DNA of 64,000 nt from Rhynchobatus australiae (taxonomy: Eukaryota): the NCBI GenBank assembly GCA_034780895.1, contig JAUZTB010000048.1, forward strand, positions 28,742,058-28,806,057, read 5' to 3'. Shown piece by piece: positions 13,264 to 26,589 of the stretch. The position numbers and the translations under genes were made by a program. Every line of letters begins with the position of its first letter. Position 1 is the stretch's first letter. The notes below the pieces were generated by a model, which was given only the letters and a program-made list of their open reading frames with translations, had not been told where the DNA came from and did not search any database.

Positions 13264-13373
13264 AGGGATCACTTTCTTCAAGGTCAGGACTACGTGTTCC
13301 ATCACCTTGCCGCTGATCGCAGGATCCCAGTTTAAATGGTTTCAACAACTACATCGTTGCTATTGTCCATGCA
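13264..13373 (-). other. Candidate spliced exon of a divergent transcript, possible start MEHVVLTLKKVIP (ATG at 13302, phase 0)
   Basis: Acceptor tttgtgcttttgacag, donor CCT|gtaagg, ATG context gtgATGg. An upstream donor TAG|gtaact at 13476 gives a 103-nt intron. Protein not recognised. Confidence 0.4.
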
Positions 13374-14049
13374 CTGTCAAAAGCACAAAGGCACTGTCAG
13401 TGTGATAAATCTCACGTTAAAGTGAACTTTTAAACGCGGTCACTGTTTATACAATAGAGCTTTTCCATGGAGTTACCTATTTAGCACAGATTCTTCGCTG
13501 GACGACTGAATTATTGAGCTCCTGACATCAGAATTACCCTCAGGAAGCCACAACTAATCGTTGGTCTCGTTTCCAAAACAGACACACCCGCAGATTCATT
13601 AATATGAATTTCAGCTCTGGGATGCCAAAAAGAGTTTCTCCTAATCCGTACGTGCGAGGCTGGAAATAAACACATTGTCCAGTCAACTATGAAGACCATA
13701 ATTCAACAGAATGGCATCAATGACTTTGCACTTCATGGACGTTTGCATATTAAACTTTCTATTCAAAGCACTTAAGCTCCTAATACAAACTGAAGCATTT
13801 GCACCATCAAACCACAGTAGTTATTCCTTCAATTCGTGGAAATATGTCCATACATTTATTACAATTATCAATAAAAACAATGCAACCTGGAGAGTGAAAA
13901 CTTGGTCCAAATAGTATGGTCTTCATAATACTTCATGATTCCTTTATACTTTTGAAGTTTAAAAGTAAATTTGGGGAAAAAAAAACAAATTTGAACTTCA
14001 CCTGAGGTATCGTGTATTTTAGGGAATCGAATACAACAAAAAAAGCACT

Positions 14050-15061
14050 GTGCAATCACATTCATCAATAAATTGCCTAACAAATCTTTCAAGAGGCGCT
14101 CTCCTGAGATGCAGCAGTCCGCAGTTGCGCTCATAAACGGTAACATGTGATTGAAACTATTTACAATCATAGCGGATGCTGTTCCCAATGTTTATATGAT
14201 GCATGAAAGACTCTTTGTGTCTGCATTCTCTCCCCGAGCGGTCATACCATCTGCTTGCTGGGTAATATATAATTTCCAAGCATCCCATTTTTCTGAGAGC
14301 TCTTTAACGAGATTACAAAACATTAACTTTGCTGTGGCTCATCACGTGGCGGAAGTTAATGGCAATTGCAGTATTTTCTCTCTCTCTCTCTCCTGCAGTA
14401 AGGATTTTGTTGCATTGCTGTGAAAGAATTGTGGGATTAAAGCTGGAGGCGACGCGATCTCATTGGGCCGGGCTGGAGGCAGGCGAGTGATTTTAATACG
14501 TGGTGTGTAGCAGGCGAATCGCGCAGTTTGCCTCAGACCTCGCATTGAGCACTTCAATACCACCGCCTCACTCTACTGGACTGGAGCTGTCAACGCAAGG
14601 GTAGTGACTCCTCGATCACAACGTGTTCCTCATGACCATCGCCTGTGCAGCAAACCTGACAAACCTCTTGACACCTCAGGTACTGAGTGAAACTGCATGG
14701 GCTTCGGAATCTTGTCGATTGCCTGATACTAATCCCAGTTGTAAATTGGTTTTAAAATACAGTTGCGGGCATGGTTCTTTTTATTCTTTGCTTCTCACCT
14801 CCACCCATGCATAATAGATCGTGTTAATGGGCGTGCAGTACTAGTCGACAGTGTGTACAAGAGACGCGCTTCTTGTTTGCTTATTTATCAATTGCAGAGA
14901 GTTTGGGGTAACTTGCAGCGTTGGAAACTGGNNNNNNNNNNNNNNNNNNNNNNNNNNNNNNNNNNNNNNNNNNNNNNNNNNNNNNNNNNNNNNNNNNNNN
15001 NNNNNNNNNNNNNNNNNNNNNNNNNNNNNNNGCAGCGTTGGAAACTGGAGAAATAGCGAGC

Positions 15062-15100
<39 letters not shown>

Positions 15101-16100
15101 CAGTCTCGCTGTGGCTGCTTGGTGGAAACCGACTGCGATCGCTGTTTCTCTGTCGAACCCATTCCCACCAGAAACAAGGCACGCTCTGGATCGAACCAGA
15201 CAGCAAGAGGCCAACAGTGGAGTCATGTGTTCTGGCCGACGAGAGCTGTGTTCTGGAGTGTTGTAATCGCTGTAAAATGATCTGCTTTAGCAGTCTTTTT
15301 TTCGACGGTGGTTTCTGTCAATTGTGGGACGGGATTCCCGCCCACCCACCCCTAAACTCAATCCAGACTTGATATGGGTGTGACTGTTAGTGTTGGAACC
15401 TTCAGTCGTACAGACAGAAGCGACAGATTCTTTGAAGTGCAGCTCTATCCACAGGGTAGAAAACACACAAAGAAATCTCCACCTAGTAAAGTATTCATTT
15501 TTAAGGTGTTTTACTCAGTGCGTTGAATCAAATTCGAATGCTTTCCAGAGTCAACACCTTAAAACTGCATCCCCACAAGCGTAGCCATTAATTGGGTCGT
15601 TGTTTACTAATTTAGGGTCGTTTCGCGATATTCTGGTAGTGTTCTTTCATTTTTAAAATCCACGGTCAGCAGCAGGGAGCAGCGTCTGCTCTGCTCTGAC
15701 GTGCTGTCTGCAGAGTTACATTGTTAGTAGGAAAATGGCAACTAAAGGACTCCCAGGGACTGTGTGAAATATACATACGCAGCGATTTACCTTCATGTAC
15801 CTGAAAGGAATGCGAAACTGCATTTCTTCTTGACGCTGAAAATGCAGCCGGCGTGGTGAAAGATAAGCAGTGGTGGTTTACGTGGGTTGGTGGGGAAGGA
15901 GGAAAAGTACAAGCAAAATAAGATTTGGTATTGATGCATATGTGAAATGGGAATTCAAATCGTGGGTTAATAGCACACGGCCATGTAATTAGTATATCAA
16001 AGATATGTGTTGTGCTTGGGGCAAAAATGTTATACTTATGGGCCATATTTGTAATGGGTGTTTAATTGGAGATTTTTTTTCATTAAAATGGCGTGTTTTC
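14050..16100. promoter_or_regulatory. CpG-enriched promoter / 5' region, probably bidirectional
   Basis: Visibly higher CpG density than the rest of the window and no recognisable TE. E-box CACGTG (14343-14348) abuts an ETS site CGGAAGT (14350-14356). ATTGG lies at about 14462, and (CT)n tracts are present. Confidence 0.7.
15065..15098. repeat. (CT)n microsatellite
   Basis: Perfect tc dinucleotide run. Confidence 0.97.
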
Positions 16101-16109
16101 AGCGGGGCT

Positions 16110-16490
16110 TATTAGTTGGTTTCATTGCTGTCACTAGAGTCATGAGGTTATTCCTATAAAATTTCCCTCCGGGACTTGAGTGCGGTACTGAAAGAATGCT
16201 GCATTGTAGGAGGTACTGTCATTTGTATACAATGTGCTAGTTTAGCTAGAAGTACGCGATTCACCGGCAGCAGATCGCTAAGTCACAGCTAACGCATCTC
16301 CACCGTCCATATTAAGTGTCACAAGTGTTTAACCAATCATCCTAATGCTGTTTATGGGATCTTGCTCTGTGCAGACTGGCTACTGTCCTGGAAGGATACT
16401 GCAGTCTTGTTTGTTAAGGAAGGAAGCAATTATATGTGAAGTGTGTTACAATTTGAAGTGTGATAAGCAGTGATTATAAATATAGAATTG
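16110..16490 (+). mobile_element. Degenerate Deu-domain SINE (SacSINE1/AmnSINE-like)
   Basis: gagtcatgaggtt...gggacttgagtgcggtactgaaagaatgctgcattgtaggaggtactgtc and ctgtttatgggatcttgctctgtgcagactggct. Confidence 0.65.
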
Positions 16491-17509
16491 GATAGTTTTC
16501 TATAAATAACNNNNNNNNNNNNNNNNNNNNNNNNNNNNNNNNNNNNNNNNNNNNNNNNNNNNNNNNNNNNNNNNNNNNNNNNNNNNNNNNNNNNNNNNNN
16601 NNNNNNNNNNNNNNNNNNNNNNNNNNNNNNNNNNNNNNNNNNNNNNNNNNNNNNNNNNNNNNNNNNNNNNNNNNNNNNNNNNNNNNTGTTTGTATTTTGC
16701 TGAAGTTAGCAATTTTTCTTCATAATGGAATGAACGTTACTTTTTGGGCATCAACATATACATCAATCGGGTGACGGGTGGTACTCTGTATCTCAAGTGT
16801 ACACAGCAATGGCAGTAGATTTCCTGGTTGTCGGCAATGTTCATTATCATTGAGTCATTGTACGTGTAGCAGTTTCCACAGCTTCACTGGCAGTGCTGTC
16901 ATTATTTCTCTGCAAAAATGTGATGCAGTGGAGCTGACAAAGTGATTATGGAAGTCACCTTCATTAATGCTTCGTGCTGTTTTCACGCAGAATCTATCTG
17001 CCCAATCTGCAAGGTTTACAAACTTGTGGAGTTGAGGAATCACTGTCTTATTGTAGGGGTGGGGCAGAATAGCAGTCCTTTTCACTGCGTTTAAAGCTGT
17101 AGACAATGGAGAAGATATTCTCCTGCTATTAGCTTTCTTGCTCTGCTGCAGATCCAGCTTTTGTTATGAGATCCATTTGAAGTTATATGTGGAATTTGTA
17201 AACGTTTTAAATCATGAGTCAGCCTTATCTGAATCACAGTATGCTTACAGTTATGATATCAGCATGTCCCAAGTAGTTACAGTTAATGAAAGCTTAATTT
17301 AAGAAGAAATGATGTAAGAATGGATAACTGTCATGTTGTATATCACTAGTATCCCCAACAGAAAATAAGTGGATTTGGTACTTAATGTGGTCTTGTTTCT
17401 AAAACTTCTGGGGGTTCGGTATTGGTGAGGTCTCCGTGTGAATGCTAGTACCTTTTCAGATTGTCGCGAATCATTTGCTTACTGGTTGAAGTACCGAAAC
17501 AGGGCATTA

Positions 17510-17697
17510 CTTGTGTCCCTGGAATGGGCTGCCAGGGGTGGTAGTGGAGGCAAATATGATAGGGGCATTCAAGAGGCTCTTGGGCCCATGAATGTGCAGA
17601 GGAAAATATGGACATTGTGTGGGCAGAAGGGATTAGTTTAGTTTAATCTGTTCAGCACAACATTGTGGACCAAAGGACCTGTTCCTGTACTGTTCAA
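17510..17697 (+). mobile_element. CR1 (HER1-like) 3' tail
   Basis: ctggaatgggctgccaggggtggtagtggaggca (WNxLPxxVVEA) and ...gtggaccaaaggacctgttcctgtactgt tail. Confidence 0.85.
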
Positions 17698-18184
17698 TGA
17701 ACTTCAATGTTGTGGCATCCAAAGGAGCAAAGGAGAGCATGAGCAGAAAAAAAATGTAATGGCCTGTTGAAGGGGATTAAAGAAATGAGGGAATTCAGAG
17801 TCTCCAGTACTGTTTACTCCACTTGTTTTCATAAATTCCTGGCAGTCATATGGGCACGGGCACAAAACATTGATGGTTTATAATGCATGGAAAGACGTCT
17901 ACTGCAGTGATGGACTTCCTTTTGATTTCCAACCAAAATAGATGAGTGGAAACTCGAGAGCTGCAGAGATCAGAATTTGGTGCAAAATAGCTTGGTGGCC
18001 TGTGTGAAGTCTTTTTCTAAAAATGGAGACATTAGATTAACTAGAATCCGGTCTAAGGATTATTGGTGCTTTGGAAAACAATGATGTTTAAAGTTACTCT
18101 ACCTTGTAGTCAACTGGAAAACTTGCTGACCTGACTGATATCTCAAAGCATTTCTTCATTTATGTTTGTACTTGTAATGATTGG

Positions 18185-18480
18185 CAGTTGGTTGGCCCAG
18201 GCTGAGACCATATCAGCCCAAGTTAAAAGCTCACTGATTTGAATCCCCATCAGGACACGATACTCAGCTGATTGGAATGCTGATGAAGTGCTCCATTATC
18301 GTAGATGCCTTCTTTCAGGATTACTTGAAGAATATCCCTATCTCCTTGTGCAGTAGGTAATGCTTGATGCTCTGGTGTCACCAGTAATGCATCCCTTTGT
18401 TTGTGAGTTCTACTTGTCGTTACTCAAAATATTTGACTGTAGATTAAAGCAAGTTGCTGTATGTGAAGCACTCAACATGA
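18185..18480 (+). mobile_element. Highly degenerate Deu-SINE-like fragment
   Basis: tttgaatcccc...gctgatgaagtgctccattatcgtagatgccttctttcagg resembles the 16.1 and 47.4 kb copies. Confidence 0.4.
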
Positions 18481-19209
18481 TATGATTCATCATAAACATT
18501 GGGTCTTTTCAAATTGTTTTCAGCTGTTTGGAATTCCATCTTAAGGCCTGTTTCTCAAAAAGGTGTTGAATCCTCTCCTGAATGTAATAATTGGAATAAC
18601 TCCTCTTTACTGGAAACACCTTTTTAGCTTCTGAATGTTTGTTATAATGCCCACTGTTTTCTTCTAATGAATTTTAACTTTTTCAACATGCAGGTTTGTC
18701 ATGTCTCTCTTTTGCATTGCAAGTTTTAAATTGTCTGTTTGCTTGTCTGGCAGACAGTACTGGATGAGGAAAAGTATCTTCCAATTGAAATTTTATGACT
18801 GAAGCCATTACCTAACCAGTGTTTCCATCTCCCATCATTTTAAAGTTTATGACTGAAGTGGTGTGTTCATAAACCCTGAGATGGCTTTGGATCAAATATA
18901 CAAGCTATCAGTACCTATTTATACTTCCAGAAGATAGCTGCTGCTGAAACCCTCATCTGTACCTTTGTTACCTCCCAGACCTGCCCCTGCCATTGCCCTC
19001 TGGCTTACCTTTTTTATCCTGTGTAGATGAGGACATCTAAAGCTCTGCTGCTCATATCCGAACTTGGCACTGGAGGGTGGTGACTCATTGCAAACTGCAC
19101 TCTGCAGATCCATTCATTACTTCTATTATAATCATTCTTTTAAAAATCTAACTTGTATGTTTCTAAAAATTACTAATAATGTTCTTTTAAATCTTCTCGC
19201 AGGGCAGGT

Positions 19210-19390
19210 GATGACCTTGCACCTTATTGTTTACCTGCACTGCACTTTCTCTGTAGCTGTGACACTTTATTCTGTATTGTTTTACCTTGTACTACCTCAA
19301 TACACTGTGTAATGAGTTGATCTGTATAAACGGTGTGCAAGACAGTTCTTCACTATTCCTTGGTACAAGTAACAATAATATTCCAATTCC
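19210..19390 (+). mobile_element. Rex1 LINE 3' UTR fragment
   Basis: ccttgcaccttattgtttacctgcactgcactttctctgtagctgt... matches 148-320. Confidence 0.88.
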
Positions 19391-19449
19391 CCTTCACCTC
19401 ATTTAAGCAGATCGACATTGGATCTTGATGAAGCAATTTCTGTCGTTTA

Positions 19450-19740
19450 AAACTCTAACCTTTCCTCTTGAATCTTTGAATCTCTGCTCCATGTTCCAGT
19501 TTTACAGTCTTATGAAGTATCCAGACCCCATTTCTCGCCTCTTCGTAGTCCTCCTATTTAGGTGGACTATATGCAGCTGCCCATCCTTTGAGCTCTGGAA
19601 CTCTAACCATAAACTTCTGTCACTCTGTCTCTGAAATACTTTTAAAAACCCTAAATGTTGTTTGCCTGAATTTTTGTTGTTGTTAACCTTCCTGTGAATA
19701 TTTTAAGTAAAAGTTGCTATTAAAATAGAGGCTGCCATTG
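19450..19740 (+). mobile_element. Old L2-like 3' fragment
   Basis: agctctggaactct...taaacttctgtcactct, similar to the 36.9 and 56.8 kb fragments. Confidence 0.4.
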
Positions 19741-19882
19741 TTGTAGGCTTGTAAACTGCTCTCATATAAAGTACTTTAAGTCAATTCCTATACTGACACA
19801 ACTTGTTGAGTGAACCCATGATGTGTTTGGGGAAATTGATCTGTGTACTTAAACTACAAACTGTATTGTTGAAACGTGCGGC

Positions 19883-19920
19883 GGGGGGGGGGTGGGGGGG
19901 TGGGGTGGGGTGGGGTGGGG
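19883..19920 (+). repeat. G-rich (TGGGG)n tract, G-quadruplex-forming motif
   Basis: Six runs of at least 4 G separated by single T. Confidence 0.85.
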
Positions 19921-21415
19921 AAGTGCTGCAGAAAGACACCAANNNNNNNNNNNNNNNNNNNNNNNNNNNNNNNNNNNNNNNNNNNNNNNNNNNNNNNNNN
20001 NNNNNNNNNNNNNNNNNNNNNNNNNNNNNNNNNNNNNNNNNNGGGGAAGTGCTGCAGAAAGACAGCAATATCTTAATGACCTTGATTGAGTTTAAATTAT
20101 CTGAAGCTGTCACAATCACAGTCAAGTTTAAGTTTTGCTCTTAGACAGAAGAGTCAAGTGCCAAACGCAACCAAACTTAAAATGGCTATTTCATTGTGAT
20201 GTGTATGTTACTGGTTCACTTTCTGTGAAAGGAATGCTTGCAACTCAAACAGGGTTGTGAGTAATTGCTTGAATTCTTAACTGTACTCTTGTGACTCTCT
20301 GCCCAAATAACACATTTGGATTGCATTTGAGAAACACAGGACTGCAGCTACTGGAATCTGGAGATTACGTTTGAATGGTTTTTCAATTCCTTCAGTCAGT
20401 TTTACAAATACAATTGTACTTTGCACATTGTGCAAGTTAATTGCCCACAATCATTCTACCATAAACAAAATTCTAGAAATCCAATGATGGAGTCCATTTT
20501 TTTTTGGGTGGGGCAGTGTAGAATTGCACAGTCTCCTAAACCCCTTTGAGTTGGTATTTGAAACCAGCTGGTGAGATCTTGATTAGTTTGTTGATAAAAG
20601 CTAGAAAAAAATTGGGGTGCATGGTCCATAACTTACCCCTAATTTCTTTCACTAATGGGCCCCCAGGAAGAGTACCAGAGATGCTCCAGAAAGCCAAGAC
20701 TGTGTGTGTCCCTCTGGTATAGTTTTAAAGAGCGACATGATGGGCTGCAGGTGAGATGTTAAAATAAATTGACTAGCATGTAGAGCTGAGGAGAGACAAC
20801 ATACACTAGTCAACCCACCCAATAAACAGGCTGCTGCTCATCTTTCAGCCTCAGGTGTTAGCCCCTCCTTGCCACTCCCATATGCCTGCCTCTCCCTCCT
20901 GATGAAATACCTGGATTATGTTGTCAACAGCAGCCTCCATGTGGTTGGACCCAGGTGCTCGAGGGTTCCTTCATTATCAGTGTTCTGAAACAATTAATCT
21001 TAATCTCTTTTTTTTGATGAAGTAGAAAGGTAAATGATGTAAACAATTGTAGTTGCATTCATAATCTACGTGTAGCTAGCACTTTAAGTATCACTTAATA
21101 TAGCTGGTTGCAGAAAAGTCTGCAATGGAGATGCCTTCATATTAAGCATTTTTATAACTCCAATTGGTGATGCTAAATCAGTCAGAATTAATGAATTATT
21201 TATTAAATGAGGTTTAATTACCTTTTTGTTCTAATTCAATACCCGTTGCTTAAATTTCTGTGCTGCCTTTTTATAATTAAATTTTTTAGCAGACGGTACA
21301 CATTCAGTCGGAAAGCTGATGTTCAAACACCTGCACGTATTTGTATGGCTGTCGTATTGGTTGCTGCCCTCTTATTATCAGATAAACCAGTTTAGATAGG
21401 AGCAGTGAGACTGCC

Positions 21416-21473
21416 ATGCGAAAGACGGCAGCTCAATCTCTGGGGATCGGATTGAGAATGGCAAGCGGTCTGA
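21416..21473 (+). other. Candidate alternative first coding exon MRKTAAQSLGIGLRMASGL (phase 1)
   Basis: ctgccATG context and donor TGA|gtgagc, within a TE-free CpG-retaining patch (about 21.15-21.68 kb). Confidence 0.3.
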
Positions 21474-24400
21474 GTGAGCAGGAGTGCTTCCCGTTACAGT
21501 TCAGGCTTTCTCTTGCTTCGTGTCCAAAGAAGAGCATTTGTTTTCATAAGCAGGCCTTGTCACCTATAAACAAAGACTTAAATTGCTTGGAACGTGCTTG
21601 GATTGACCATTAGCCCTGAAAATAATGGCATGCCCAAGTCAATTTCCTGTCTTCATTAAATGATAGTGTGTCCGACTGTTGTATTCAGGTTGCAAATTTT
21701 CTGGTAAGATAATTTAGTGAGATAGAAAAATGGTACAATAACTAATACCATTACAAATAGGGGAGGAGTGCCAATATTCCTGTAGAATCGTAGATGAGGA
21801 AGGAGGTTATTCAATCCACTGACTGTGCCAGTTATAAAGGANNNNNNNNNNNNNNNNNNNNNNNNNNNNNNNNNNNNNNNNNNNNNNNNNNNNNNNNNNN
21901 NNNNNNNNNNNNNNNNNNNNNNNNNNNNNNNNNNNNNNNNNAGGCAGATCCTAGAAAGGAGCTACTCAACCAAATCCCATCTTCCAGCATTGGATACAAA
22001 ATCCTACAGGTCATTGTTCTTTCCGTATGTGTCCAAGTACATTTATTGAGCCCTGTGTTTTAAAGGGTTAACTGGCTGTGCTGTTTGAAATCATCATTAT
22101 AGAATGTCTTGTTCCCAACTCAAACACCTGACCATCAATGGCCAAGTCCAGTACCAGGATATACTTGTTAGCCTGGATTTTGTAGTCTTTAATGAGTACT
22201 TGGATTCCCTGTCACTTCAAGAACATTTAAACTTGTCTCAAGTCACAATCTCAGTGCTGACCCAGGAACTGCTGGGAGTTATCCTTCCTGGGTTGGAACA
22301 ACAGGCCCTGCCCATCGTAACTTGGCATGAACAGTCTTTGACAGCTAGCCAGGCTGGGAGGTGGCTGAGGTAACTCTCAGAATTGTTAGTCTGATAGCTA
22401 TTTGCCAGTGCAGGAGGGCACAGAGTGGGGAACAGGGCTAGGGTTTCCAATGGTCTGGCATTTAAGTAGGAGATTGGCTACCCTATTTGATATTAATGTC
22501 AGATCTCCCATTTCCTAACCAGGGCACCCAAATCAAAGATCACTTTCAGACCGGGAGAGCCCTGAGTAACTCCATTGATGATGTTCGCCCCTGAGTCACT
22601 CGACAGACTGAAGGGGCAGAATTTTGTGGTCTGTAGTGAACATTGTAAGTTTACAATGACCCTTAAAATGAATTGCACCTTGCCTCAGGGCAATTCTTCC
22701 AGCAGGACCCTTCTGGAAAAGTTGGAATTTATCCCAGCAAGGCATAACAAGCCCTATCCACCGCCTGTTACATATTTTTTGAACTACGTTGTTAGCAATC
22801 TGAAGCATCAGATCTCTGACAGTTGAAATGTTACCTTATTTTAAAAAAAGACATTTTGGGCACAGTCCCACCTTCAGGCTATTGTCTGAGTGCTGAATGT
22901 GATAAGAATTATGTCTGACATGAATGATTATGTCAACCCATTGAACTAAACGTAGTGACAGGTGTCCAAAAATGCTGATCTAAAGTTCATGGAATATGTA
23001 TCTGTTAATTAGTCAAGTTAAAAGACCTACAGTAAATCTGAAATCAAAACTGAAAATACTCAAATGGACAATAAGTCTGGTAGCATTTTTGAATGAAGGG
23101 AAGTGGGACTAATATTTCGAAGACCAAGATTGAAGCAAACTATTATTGAGGATGTGGTTGGGATGGTGGATGGGGAGCTTTTTTACTCGTGTTTCCACAA
23201 GAAGGTGTTCCTTAAAACCAGGAAAAACTTTTTTTAAAAAATACTTTGGCATTTGCAGGAGGCACTTGAGGATTCCTGAGAGTGGCAGGTATAACATGTC
23301 TTGCTGATTGATTAACTTTAATAGATATCCTTCAAATATATTATACCCTGATCTAGATACTTATAGTGCATGATCTGTGTAGGAATTTATCCAAGATGCT
23401 TGAAAAAACATTAAGTCCCCCAAATTGAGCATTTGAACCAATGCCCATACAAATTGGATGCAGATATTTCCAATGCTAACTTAGTCTGTTTGCGTCCATT
23501 TATTGGATATAATGTCGTTGAAACTGAAATCAGTTTCCATGACAAACTATTTAACAATTGGCAATAACTAATATTCCTTATTGATTTTCCATTTGTTACT
23601 TCATCTGTTTTTGCAAAGCTGCCTCAAGTATTTTTTTAAACTGGCTTCAGATCTTTTGCACTACCTGCTGGTAACTGTTTGTACTCCTGTTCTAACTGAG
23701 CAAATAAACAATCATAGTTTGAGTTATGGAAGATTGCTTTCTCTAGGATATCTTTTATTCATCTCCCTGTAATGTCTATTTGACTCTGGAAATATGTTAT
23801 CAGTACATTTGGGTATTTGGAAAGATGAGTGGGAAATAGATTGCTTTTTTTTTACACTAAGACATTGTAGAAATCACGAATGAAGTTGGTCATGTAAGCT
23901 TTTGAGAATCTGATTATGTGACCTGGAAACCAGTCTACATGGAATGGGGGAGGAATAAAATGAGACTCAAATGGGATTAATGTGAATGGGTGGTTGATGG
24001 TTGGTGTGGACTCAGTGGGCTAAAATGCCTGTTTCTGTCTGTGACCCAATAACTATGCAGCCATAGCTTGGTAATTTACTTGTCAGTACATTGGGTAAGA
24101 GTACAGAACCAAAGTCCCTCAAATTCCTTCCAGCAAAATGACTGAAGAAGTTGCCAAAAATTGGTATAGCTAGGAGCAAGTTTGCTTCAGGCAAGTCTGT
24201 GTGCTATCTGTTTTTTAATACTTTCATTGGACTTTAAAAGTCTAGTGGGCCACTTGAGAAATGTGTTATCAAAGGTGTTGGGCTGTGCTGTACTTTAAGA
24301 CACCCAAGTGTTGACTCAAAATTATCATCTGTCACAAACTATTATGACTGTGTTTGCATGCTTTATAAATCTGTAGATGCACATCGGCGATAAAGAAAGG

Positions 24401-24879
24401 AAATGAATGTAAATATAGTCAGTTATCTAATAATCATCAAACAGACAATGTACTTTGGAGCCATTTGCATTAACTGAGCAGTGACTGCTAATTCATTAAC
24501 AAAATCCAAAATTTGTTTTTCTGTTGCATGTGGAGCAGTGAAACAAGTTTCTTTTTTTAAAAATCTTTCTTTCCCAGACAAAAGGTCAATTCTTGAACTC
24601 CACATCTTGCAGAGGGAAATTAGGAAATCCGAAAAGTGGGTATGGAAAATATTGGCTAGTCCAAGAAAATCCATAGATGTTTTACTAAATACATGAAGGT
24701 AGGGGATACACGTGGAAAGATTGGGGCTCAAATGGTAACCTGTGTGTTGAAATAGTGGATTTGGATAATATTCAGAGTAAAAAATTTTGCAACTGTTTCC
24801 ACAAGCGAAGGAAGTGATGCTGATGTAGTTTAGGGGAGCAAGTGAAAAATATTGGATGGGATGAATGTTGTAAAATAAT

Positions 24880-26270
24880 AGTATTAAAGGGTTTATCATT
24901 TTTGAAAAGGATTAAATTGCTAGGCTGATGAAATGTATTGTGGATTGTTAAAAGAAGGAAGAGAAGAAAATATGGAGGCTTTGCCTTTTAAGTTCTCAAT
25001 GACTGCAGGAGGATTGGAGGACTGAAAAAATGGAAAAGAATATATCCAAGTAATTACAGTCCAGTTAATTGTACTTTGATCAATACATAATTAGAATCCA
25101 TTCTAAGGGTCTGTATAAACCTACTTTTAGAAAGCACAGATTTGCTCAGGGATAGTCATGTTTGATTAACTTCATAGTCTGATCCACTTTGAAAAGTTGA
25201 GAAGGAAGGTTGATAAGGACACTGTGTCTGATGTAGTTTACGTGGATTTTAACAGCCAAGTCAAAAATTGATTTGGCAGCAGGAAGCAAAGGCTAGTGGT
25301 TGCTGTGTGTATTTGGGGCTGGAAATCTGTCACCAGTGTGGCTTCTGAGGGCTTGGCTCTCTGTCCCTAGCTTTTTGCAAGATATATATATGCGTGTGTG
25401 ATATAGTATACATAGATTGATGCACACAAATAAAATTATCTTAGACCTCTATAGAGAGTATGACAAAAGTTTTCAGATGATACAGAAATTGTGTAATTGA
25501 CAATGATGGTCACAAGGTTAGACTGTAGGAAAATAAGTGATCTGGTTAATTGGACAGAAAGATAGCATGTAGAATTTAATCAAGAGAAATAATGCATTTG
25601 GAATGGTACAAGGTCAGTGTATGATGGGAAGATATTGAGTAATGTGCAAGAACATGAGGACCTTGATGTGTATGTTTACAAATCCTTCCACTCTAGTAGG
25701 ACAGATTAACAATGTGGTCAAAAAGGCATGAGAGCTGTTTTCCTTTATTAGCTGAGGCATAGAATATAAGAGCTGGGAGATTTTGCTGGAACTTGATAGA
25801 GCATCAAACTAGACCACAACTTGAGTACTGCTGATAACTAGAGAGGAGATTTACAATTATGTTGTCAATGCCGCAAAAGTGTACTTTGAGGAGAGCCAAA
25901 ATAAGATTGGTTGCTGCTTTCAGAACAAAGGAAATCAAGGGGAGACTCAGTTAAGGTGTGAGGTGCTTGGATAATGTAAGTGGAAAGGACTTGTTTCCAT
26001 AGGCAGATGGATCAAAAGTCAGCGGGCGTAGGTTTTAAGTAATTGGCAAAATAATTAGATTTGGAATTTGTTTCCACCTTGAGGGTGGTAGGTCTGGAAT
26101 TTGCTGCCTGAAAGGGCAGTAGAAACAGAAACCCTCCACACATTTGGGCAGTTTGGATGTGCACTTCAAATCATGACCTGCATGTTATGCTGAAAGGGGG
26201 ATTAGTCTGGGGAACTATTTCCTTTTTAAGCACAGTCTATGGGCAGAAAGCTATGTGCTAAATTTTCTGA
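24880..26270 (+). mobile_element. Decayed CR1 (HER1-like) LINE RT to 3' end
   Basis: Recognisable QEDWRT, PSNYSPV, DVVYVDF, SRKQRLVV, KFSDDTEI, EDLDVYV, FISxGIEYKS, RPQLEYC and WNLLPE motifs with many indels. Confidence 0.88.
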
Positions 26271-26589
26271 TTTCACAATAGGCTTTGATTTCATTTAAAC
26301 TCTGAATAGGCATTTAGTAAGAATAAACACGACACTGTCAACTCCTTAAAAACCCAACCATTGACAATTGGGGAATGCCCAGTCAGGCCGAAGTATGATT
26401 CTAGCCTCACACCAAAGTAGTTCACTCTTGGTTATGTGAAACCACTACAAAGCATAATGAAACTGGACAGAATTTGTGATAACTGTTGAATTGAAGGCAC
26501 AGCAAGTCTAATGACCTCAATGATGTTAGTGAACTAATGCACATCCCTTCTAGACTTGCCTACTCCAAAAATAATGGACCATGTGCCTC

